A DNA stretch of 64,000 nucleotides from an uncultured Hyphomicrobiales bacterium. Its GTDB lineage: Bacteria; Bacteroidota; Ignavibacteria; Kapaibacteriales; UBA2268. The translations under genes and the position numbers were made by a program. Location of the stretch: assembly GCA_964454445.1 (NCBI GenBank), contig CAYVTD010000003.1, forward strand, positions 7,300-71,299, written 5' to 3'. The notes below the pieces were generated by a model that searched no databases, was not told where the DNA came from, and saw nothing but the letters and a program-made list of their open reading frames with translations. Shown in pieces: positions 1 to 8,500 of this stretch (its first letter is position 1; every line of letters begins with the position of its first letter).

Positions 1-1166
1 TTAGAGACGCCATTCAAAGTAACGTTGGCATAATACACTCCGTTTGCCAATTCAGCTAGATTCAACTTGAAAGTGTTTAATCCTGCAGGTAAGTAACCAT
101 TTGCTATGCTTGAAATTTTTGAACCAAGAGCATTGTAAAGAGAAATATCTGATGAATTTGAGGGATTGATTGTAGCGATTTCCAATGTACTGTGGTCAGT
201 TGCTGGATTTGGATAGGAGTTGATAGTAATCGATTTAAGGATATTGTCATTTTGCACAGAAACCGGAGTGTTATCGATCCTAAGATTGTCAATATACCAA
301 CCGTCCATATTTTGGATAGAAGCGCTAACCAGCTTGAATTGTAAATATATGGTTTTTCCGTTGTATGCAGCAAGATCGACAGTGTAGCTTTCCCATTGGC
401 TGTCATCAAGATTAGTCTGGAATTTGTCTGATGAATTTTTATTTATCCATCTTAGAGATTTCCAGGTTTTCATATTGTCGTCTGAGATGTTTATTTCCCC
501 ATGGTCATTGACGTTTATTAAACCAATATGGTCAAAAGCAAGAACGTTTTTGTTGGGGGCAATAACAGCAGGAGCAAAAATAATTGATGTAACTTTAAAT
601 CTTGGATAATTAGCATCAGGAGAGTCAGTGAGACAGTTTGGCTCGGAAACAAAAGCTTTGTTGGTAATTGCCCAAGCATCAAGAGTGTAAACAGGCAAGC
701 GCACTGCCTCATCGTCAAATCTATCGATAAATGTTGTATAAGGAGCGCCTGAATAGGCTAATATTTCTTCAGAAAAATCACTTTCAGTTTCGATTGTTCC
801 GCGTTTGCCTACGGCTTTCAGTTTTATCAAGTAGAATTTTTTAGTAGGTACTTCAAGAACATAAGTGGAGATTTCACCGGGAGCGACTCCGTCGAAAGTA
901 GCGACTTGTTGTCCATCGCTATAAATGCTGATTTTTTCGAAATCATGGAAGAAAGAGCCATCGGTGTGTTCATTAGGGTTCATCCAAGTCAATTTGATAC
1001 CTTTTTCATCAGGCTCGGCGCTAAGGTTATAAGGTGCTTTTGGTTTAAGAGAGCCTCCGGCGATACCGCTTATGGACACAATAGAACTTTCCAAGCCATC
1101 ACTTGTATGTGTTTTCAAATTAAAAGTAAATTGCTCGCCGTCGATAAGCCCCGATGCCTCAAACAT
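1..1166 (-). CDS. 3' portion of a T9SS cargo gene: Fn3-like and beta-sandwich region ending in a T9SS C-terminal sorting domain. Partial, because the C-terminus runs off the left edge, and in a different frame from the upstream BNR ORF.
   Basis: Hand translation of the minus strand reading in phase with codon 3..5 gives a continuous ORF, ...KAPYNLSAEPDEKGIKLTWMNP...NSYPNPATDHSTLEIATINPSNSSDISLYNALGSKISSIANGYLPAGLNTFKLNLAELANGVYYANVTLNGVS. This is the typical T9SS CTD pattern (SYPNPA, GVYY). The frame is open back to about 1190 and contains no signal peptide of its own. Confidence 0.6.
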   Translation of the reverse strand, partial: MFEASGLIDGEQFTFNLKTHTSDGLESSIVSISGIAGGSLKPKAPYNLSAEPDEKGIKLTWMNPNEHTDGSFFHDFEKISIYSDGQQVATFDGVAPGEISTYVLEVPTKKFYLIKLKAVGKRGTIETESDFSEEILAYSGAPYTTFIDRFDDEAVRLPVYTLDAWAITNKAFVSEPNCLTDSPDANYPRFKVTSIIFAPAVIAPNKNVLAFDHIGLINVNDHGEINISDDNMKTWKSLRWINKNSSDKFQTNLDDSQWESYTVDLAAYNGKTIYLQFKLVSASIQNMDGWYIDNLRIDNTPVSVQNDNILKSITINSYPNPATDHSTLEIATINPSNSSDISLYNALGSKISSIANGYLPAGLNTFKLNLAELANGVYYANVTLNGVS

Positions 1167-2919
1167 GGACGCCTTTATCAACTTCGCCGATTTTATTGTT
1201 ATTTTTGTCTAAAACAAAAATCTTGAATGCACCTAGCACTTCACCAAATTTATTTGTTACGGGGTCAGTCCATCTGATTGTTACTTTTGTTGGTTCGTTT
1301 GCCACTGGCACAGCACTAAGATCGGTTGGAGGATTTGGCTCAGGCGAAATAATAGCAGTATAAACCTCATTAGTATGGTAAGAATTAGCAATTTTTGGTC
1401 CTGCGGGCATCCAGAAACAAGGATAAATTTTTCCATCATAGGCAACGACGGAAGTATAATCGCCCCAATAATTACCTAAAGAACCGCCTTGACGGCTGAC
1501 GTCGCCGGAATCGTCGAAATACCAGGTTTCGTCAGTTAATCTGATATGATTGAAAGTTTTGGCACCATCGCGAGAAACTGCAAGATAGGCATCACAACCA
1601 GTATTAGTGGGATCATTTTGCGAGCTATAATAAAGCACAGCAATTGTGCCGGTAATAGGATCAACCGAGAGAGCAGGCATAAAACAATCATTGCCAAGTT
1701 TGTTATTGTCAATTCTAATGTTAGAAGTCCACTTTTCGCCGCCATCGGTTGAATAAGCGAGGAAAATACCATTTCTGTTTTCGCTGTCTTTACCCGATTG
1801 AACGATAAAAACCCAACCCCTTCTGCTGCCTTGGGAACGGTCAACATCGATAACCCCATAAGAAGACATTCTTATATCTTGTTTATCGAGAAGGGCAGTT
1901 CTGCCCGTACTTGTTGAGTAGTCGCCTGTTCTTCTGACTGTTTGCACTTTTTTGGGAGTAAACCAAACTGTCGATTTGCCACCATCTATTGATTTATTAA
2001 CAAAAATGTGAGTATTAGGCCCTTCGTCGGAGTGGAAAACAACATAAACCTCGCCATTTGGACCGACAGTAGGCAAAGCTGACTGGACAGTGCTTGTGGT
2101 TTTAGAAATTGAAATAGGAGGATTGAAGTTTTCTCCGTCTTCGGCTGTTGCCATTACTATTTCTGATCCTTGATACATAACTGTCCAAGCGACGTAAACG
2201 TATCCTTTATAAGGTGAATTTGGCATAAAATCAGCTGCAATCAAGAATTTATCATGGAATGGTTGCGAGGTAGTGCCTGCCGAGGCAAGGGCAACGGGAA
2301 CAGGAGTTTGCCACGATGCACCTCCATCAGTTGAACGGCATACAAATACACCATTATCTCTTGTATTTTTATCGCCCATTTGAGCAAATCCATAGCAATA
2401 ATAAAGGTTATTTTGATGGTCGAAGGCAAGTCCGGGGTCAAAATTCGTAAATCCATAGCCAGGTTCTTGCTTTATCCAAATATCAACATTGTTTGGTGTT
2501 GTAGATGTTTTCCAAGTACTGCCGCCATCATGTGAGTAATATGCTGCCATTCTGTAGCCGCCACTGCCATTATAACGTGTGTCGTTAGATGATGCAATTA
2601 ATTGTTTTGGGTTATTTGGGTTAATAACCATCCAGGTTTCGTCTTGTGATAGTGGTCCGTTGGTGCAATTTATTAGTTCAATACCAGAAGATTGGAGTAT
2701 CCTATCTCTTTTTTGATACATTTTCCAAGCCGAGGCAGGAACTTTTTGTGGTTTAAGATGGTTTAAACGCCATAAAACTTCATTTGATTGGATATCGTTT
2801 TGATATACTTCCGGTTGCAAATAGCCTGGAGTCAAGCGAGCTTCGTATTGTGCCTTTACACTATCAAATCCAAAGAGAATAGCAACAGAGATAAGCAATA
2901 TAGTAATTTGTTTTGTCAT
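1159..2919 (-). CDS. BNR/Asp-box repeat sialidase-like glycosyl hydrolase carrying the N-terminal signal-peptide portion. It is apparently fused, by a frameshift, to the downstream CTD-encoding segment.
   Basis: Signal peptide MTKQITILLISVAILFGFDSVKAQ. Repeated SxDxGxTW Asp-box motifs are present: SHDGGSTW, STDGGASW, SIDGGKST, STDGGEKW, SRDGAKTF. A TGA stop lies at 1159..1161. Confidence 0.8.
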   Translation of the reverse strand: MTKQITILLISVAILFGFDSVKAQYEARLTPGYLQPEVYQNDIQSNEVLWRLNHLKPQKVPASAWKMYQKRDRILQSSGIELINCTNGPLSQDETWMVINPNNPKQLIASSNDTRYNGSGGYRMAAYYSHDGGSTWKTSTTPNNVDIWIKQEPGYGFTNFDPGLAFDHQNNLYYCYGFAQMGDKNTRDNGVFVCRSTDGGASWQTPVPVALASAGTTSQPFHDKFLIAADFMPNSPYKGYVYVAWTVMYQGSEIVMATAEDGENFNPPISISKTTSTVQSALPTVGPNGEVYVVFHSDEGPNTHIFVNKSIDGGKSTVWFTPKKVQTVRRTGDYSTSTGRTALLDKQDIRMSSYGVIDVDRSQGSRRGWVFIVQSGKDSENRNGIFLAYSTDGGEKWTSNIRIDNNKLGNDCFMPALSVDPITGTIAVLYYSSQNDPTNTGCDAYLAVSRDGAKTFNHIRLTDETWYFDDSGDVSRQGGSLGNYWGDYTSVVAYDGKIYPCFWMPAGPKIANSYHTNEVYTAIISPEPNPPTDLSAVPVANEPTKVTIRWTDPVTNKFGEVLGAFKIFVLDKNNNKIGEVDKGVHV

Positions 2920-3305
2920 TTTTGGTCCTTTTAATTCTGAAAAATTATCGCTTTTTTATTCAAATTATAATCTTTTGAGCGAAAGAACTCCCGAAAATTT
3001 ACAAGCAGCCATAACTTGAATTATTAAAGAGTAAATTTTAATAAACAAATTGTATAGAAAGCTCAAAAATAAGAAAAAAATTGTTTACATGCTAAAATAT
3101 AAGGATATTCATTGAATAAAGCCATTTCAAGTTGTTTTAGTAAAAAAAGCAAAGGATTAATAAAGAAATTTGTTAATTTTATTTTTTGAAAAGATTTGTA
3201 ATTTTTATATAATGTATTGGTCTTTACAAATTTTTAAGGAGAAGATATGAATTATAAAAAGATAAATATTAAAGAAAAGATTGAATTAATTAGCGAATTG
3301 ACAAA

Positions 3306-5513
3306 TTGTCTGAAATAATGTACATAAAGGGAGTCGGGCCTAAGCGTGCCGAAGTGCTTGAAAAAGATGGACTATCAAGCCCGGAGGATATCCTCTATTA
3401 TGCTCCAAGAACGTATATTGACCGTGCTGGCGCTCTTTCAATAAAAGAAATCACAGCAAAGCTCAATCGGGAACAAACTTTTGAGTTTGATAAAGGTTTT
3501 AGTAATTTCTCTTTAAAAAATGAAATAAGTATAGTAGCAAAGCTAATTCACAAGCAGGAAAAAGAACTCTCGAAAAAGCGAACCATGCTTGTTTTTACTT
3601 TGTCTGATGGCAGCGGAGAGTATGCCCAAATCATTTTTTGGAACTATACAAAGTATTTTTCTAAAGCTTACGAGGCGGGAGAGACATTATTTGTCAGTGG
3701 AAATGTGGAATTGAACAGAAATGGTGTTCTGTGCTTTAACCATCCCGAAATTGAATTATTTGACGAAGAAGATGAGGCTTCATATCGTAGTGGAAAGATA
3801 TTGCCGGTCTATCCGCTCAAGCAGAATATGAGAAACGCGAAAATTAGTGTTCGAATTCTGCGAAAGATTACTTTAACCACCATTGAAAAATATCTTTATT
3901 TAATCAAGGAATCTCTGCCTAAATGGCTAATTGACGAATTCAAGTTGCCCTCGAAGCAAGAAAGTATCAAAAACTTGCATTTTCCGGAAAACCGTAAAAA
4001 CTTAATTAAGGCGGTAAAAAGGCTTAAATTCGAGGAGATTTTATATTTTGAAATATTTTTGGCATTGCGATACAAGGGGATTAAAACGAAAGAATTAGCT
4101 CCATTGATAAATCCAAAAAGTGTTTCTGCCCGCCGTTTGTACGACAAATTGCCATTTAAACTAACTAGCGACCAAAAAAGAGCAATCAGGGAAATCAGCG
4201 AGGATATCAACTCGGGAATGCCTATGAATCGGCTTTTACAAGGGGATGTTGGTTCGGGGAAAACTATTGTTGCTGTGCTATCTATGCTGATGGCTATTGA
4301 TAATGGGATACAAACGGCAATTATGGCACCGACGGAAACCCTTGCCGAACAGCATTTTCATACTTTTAGCAAAATGCTTGATGGATTTAATATCGGAATA
4401 GGGCGACTTCTCGGCGGACAAAGAACAAGGCAAAGGCGAGAGATACTTGATAAAATTTCTTCTGGAGAGTGCAAAATAATAATTGGCACGCACGCTTTGT
4501 TTCAGGCAGATATCGTTTACAATAGGTTGGGTTTGATAATTATTGACGAACAACATCGTTTTGGTGTGGCACAAAGGGCAGAATTGAAGGTTCACGGCGA
4601 GAAATCCTTCGAAGGCAAAGAGTTATCGCCACATATTTTGGTTATGTCAGCAACGCCGATACCCAGAACACTCTCAATGACGCTTTATGGCGACCTCGAT
4701 GTGTCGATAATTCGCGAGAAGCCAGCTAATAGGTTGCCAATAAGAACAAAAGTCGTTTTCGATGCTCAGATTGAAGAAGCTTATGATTTTATTAGAAACG
4801 AAATTAAGTCAGGCAGGCAGGCATATATTGTATATCCTTTGGTCGAAAAATCTGAAAAAATAGATTTCAAATCGGCTATCGACCATTATGATATGTTAAA
4901 AGAGGAAGTTTTTCCTGATTTTCATTGCGGGCTTTTGCATGGGCAGATGTTTTGGTATGAAAAAGAAGAAACCATGCGCGATTTTCTTGAAAAAAAATAT
5001 GATATTCTTGTGGCTACGACAGTTATTGAAGTAGGTATAGACGTGCCAAATGCAACGGTGATGATGATTGAAGATGCCGAGCGCTTTGGGCTTTCGCAAC
5101 TGCATCAATTGCGTGGAAGGGTGGGCAGGAGTAGCTATCAATCATATTGTTTGTTGGTAACAAAGGATAAATACAAGTTTGCATTAAATAAAAAAGTTGA
5201 CGAGCAAACAGAAAGAAAATCTGCCATAATACGTTTGAAAACAATGGAAGAAATAAGCGATGGATTCAAAATAGCCGAAGTTGACCTCCAATTAAGAGGA
5301 CCAGGCGACGTTATGGGAACACGTCAATCCGGTTTGCCGGATTTTAAATTCTTAAATCTTGCCGAAGATGGCAATATTGTCGCCGCAGCAAGAAAACAAG
5401 CATTTCTAATAATTGAAAAAGATGCTAATCTTAGCCTGCCTGAAAATGAGTTAATAAGAAATGAGTTTCTAAAACGCTTTGAAAAAGACCGGTTTTTTTT
5501 CGACATAGCATAA
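3306..5513 (+). CDS. recG: ATP-dependent DNA helicase RecG
   Basis: Walker A motif GDVGSGKT, DEQHRFG motif, and an N-terminal GVGPK helix-hairpin-helix wedge region. Length 735 aa. Confidence 0.9.
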   Translation: MSEIMYIKGVGPKRAEVLEKDGLSSPEDILYYAPRTYIDRAGALSIKEITAKLNREQTFEFDKGFSNFSLKNEISIVAKLIHKQEKELSKKRTMLVFTLSDGSGEYAQIIFWNYTKYFSKAYEAGETLFVSGNVELNRNGVLCFNHPEIELFDEEDEASYRSGKILPVYPLKQNMRNAKISVRILRKITLTTIEKYLYLIKESLPKWLIDEFKLPSKQESIKNLHFPENRKNLIKAVKRLKFEEILYFEIFLALRYKGIKTKELAPLINPKSVSARRLYDKLPFKLTSDQKRAIREISEDINSGMPMNRLLQGDVGSGKTIVAVLSMLMAIDNGIQTAIMAPTETLAEQHFHTFSKMLDGFNIGIGRLLGGQRTRQRREILDKISSGECKIIIGTHALFQADIVYNRLGLIIIDEQHRFGVAQRAELKVHGEKSFEGKELSPHILVMSATPIPRTLSMTLYGDLDVSIIREKPANRLPIRTKVVFDAQIEEAYDFIRNEIKSGRQAYIVYPLVEKSEKIDFKSAIDHYDMLKEEVFPDFHCGLLHGQMFWYEKEETMRDFLEKKYDILVATTVIEVGIDVPNATVMMIEDAERFGLSQLHQLRGRVGRSSYQSYCLLVTKDKYKFALNKKVDEQTERKSAIIRLKTMEEISDGFKIAEVDLQLRGPGDVMGTRQSGLPDFKFLNLAEDGNIVAAARKQAFLIIEKDANLSLPENELIRNEFLKRFEKDRFFFDIA

Positions 5514-5574
5514 TAAAGAATACTATTTCGTTATGAATCAGCTAGTTTTCAGATATTTCTCTCTTATAAAACAA

Positions 5575-8500
5575 CTATCTGTAATTTCTGATTAAGCTGC
5601 TGTTGTATTCCCGTTGATTGCCGTTTTCTTCAGTTCCACTGAAACGATAAATATAAACTCCATCTGGAGAATTTGGCGCCTTCCATTGAATATAATGTCT
5701 TCCGGTCGCGACTGGACAATCATAAATAGTGGCGACTTTTACCCCTTCTAATGAAAAGATTTCAATTTTTAAATTTTTAATATTATTAGGTAAAAAATAT
5801 GAGAATTGTGTCGTATAACTCATTGGATTTGGGTTATTCGAGACATCTAAAATCCAATTTGGTGGTTTCAATGGTATAGCAACATGATTGATATTATTAC
5901 TTGTGCAAAATTCGTTTATTTTATTGTCTGGATTGGCATAAGCTAATATTTCAATATAGTTTACTGAGTCAGCAACAATATAATTAATACTTATGTCTTG
6001 TGTTTGTAAACTGGCGAGAGAGTCCACGAGCACTTTTTCTAAGAAAACAGTATCTTGCATATTGTAAATAGCATAAAAGAATATTTCTGAATTAACAGAA
6101 GGCAAATCACCGTTCATCAGTTTAGCCTTAACTTTGCAAATATCGCCTGGTTTTAGTTCTTTTGAAGCAACAATTAATTTATCAACCCTTAAATCATGGG
6201 CAGGAGCTGAAAGTGCGTTTTTGTTAGTATAAGCGAACAGTTCGGTTGTGCCTCCGCTGCCCCGACTACCTTTGTAGCTAATATCGACTTTGGGAATAAG
6301 CGTCGATTCGTCGTAAATAGCTGAGCAGACATCTTCAACAGCTTTGTAATTTAATCTGATTTGCTTCGTTTCGCCGGGTACAAGCGAACCGAAGGATGTT
6401 TTTATTATTTTGTTATCAACGATTGTATTTGGCGGCAAAATATCTTGATTAGCAACGAAATAAGTCCCTGGGTAAATATTTAAAACCGTGTTTTCAGCAA
6501 GGTTATTCCCATAATTAGTAACTTCAAAGATTATTTCCACGTTTTTATCATTTACGAGGGGCCATTCGAGTGGCTTGTCTTTTTCAATCTTTTTACCATT
6601 TATTGAAAAAATGGCTTTATAATCTTTAATTTTTGGTCCAACTGTTGTAACTTTGATTTCATTGGTATCAATGAAAAATTTTCCATAAGGAGGGTAGTCG
6701 TAAGTAAGCGCTTCGCGATTACTTACGGTAACCAAATCGCCTGCTTCATAGCTAAATACTTCTCCTTGCTCCAAAACGAAAAATTGATTGTTAGTAATGG
6801 TCGGAAATCGACCAAAAGAGGAAACATCGATTGTTTCTACACCTGTTTCTTCATTGTATTTTGCGGGAAGTTTGTTAGATAGCTTGTAAAAATCAGTGTT
6901 GTTTACATCGGTGAACGACCATCTAGCGTCTTGAAGTCCGCGGAAGAATTCCGTTGTTTTTGTGGTAATTTTATCGAGAGTAGCATTACCAATAATAAAT
7001 TTCTGAAATTCGGTAACATTTCCTTTTTTGTCGCGTTGGGAAATGCTGAACATAAGCGGAGGAGCTTCGAAGCCAACTGTTTTTCCGAGAACTCCTTCTT
7101 TTTTCATCATTTTTCCTTCTTTATAATTTTTTAGGTTGCTTGCTACATCAAATCCTATTTCATAAACACCATTATCGAGAGTTGAATCGATGCGGAAGAG
7201 GAAAACGAAGTAAGCTTTCCGGGTTGGTTGCATTAGAGGCAGTTTATTTCCAATTTTAACAAGCACCTCGCCTTCGGGTTCATTAAATCGCCAACCGGCA
7301 CGGAAGGAACCAATATCATCACCACCTTGAATGATTACGCCAGTAACAGGATCCACTTTTGCGGGGACAAGTGGTCTGGGATAGGCGACATAGCTCATAA
7401 CGAGTTCAGTTTTACCAAGATCAGAAGGGATTTTTGGCGTAACAGTAGTAAAAAGCCAATTATCGTCTGTTGCATTTGTAACTTCAACTCGTGCTTCGAG
7501 GAAGCAGCCGCTAACTTGCTTAGGATAATCCTCCAATTCAGGGTTATTTTTATCGGCATAAGGTATTAATGTCAGATCATATTTATCAAATTTCGGATCG
7601 ATGATTGTAGATGTCTTTATTGAAGGCAACAGCAAACTGCACGGGTCTCTGCCACCGGCATAAGTAGTGATAGTTGCTTTTCCATATCCGTATGAGGAAT
7701 GGAATGGGTCGAATTTATAATCGAATCGGTGTGGCTCTGATTTGTCGCTAATTTGATGTTTAATATACATAGTATCGCTGCCAAATTTGACAACGGAAGG
7801 ATTAGCTTTCGAATAAATACTCAAATCGACGCCTTCAGCGAAGCCGGATAGTGTTCTGCTGAAAATTACCCATGGCGATCCTCCGAATATCTCTTCGACG
7901 ACGAGCCAGCCGCCTTTGCTTATTTCGACGTTTCCTTCCCTGCCAAGCCCTTCGTAAATTGCATTAATTTTAAAATTTGTCTTGCCAAGAGCTTCAAAAT
8001 AATCGTCCCCATAAGTTAAATCAGGTCCAGCATACCAACCGGAATCGACCCAACCATAGATATCGTCTTTAAAACGCTCTTTAGGATAATGAAGCCATTG
8101 TTCGCCATTGTCGAGCATGAAAATGTCGTGTAAGAAGCCAGTAGAAGAGCAAAATCTATCGCCACGGTCGTCTATCCAATCGTCAATACCGTCGTGGTTG
8201 TCGTCGTCTAAAGCTGGTGGTATTAGCAACTGGGGGATGTGAATATGATATTGGAAGGGGTCTTCCCAGATTGAAATTGTGTCTTTTGTATTGGGGTTGT
8301 CGAGCCATTTTTTAAATTTTCCACCGTCCACCTCGACAATGGCATCAATATCATAAGAGCCATCAATTTTTTTCGGAAGATGGATTTTGTAACCACCTAA
8401 TCCTTTGGGTATATCATAAACTAAATAGCCAAAAACTCCGTCGCCAAGCTCTTCGCGTCCTTCGATGGCTTCTGATGGATCATTGTAATCGACATCGTGT

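Noticed and set aside
104-409. 101-aa minus-strand ORF from the six-frame track
   Set aside because: It lies in a different frame from the continuous ORF that encodes a bona fide T9SS CTD across the same DNA, and its sequence is low-complexity with no motifs.
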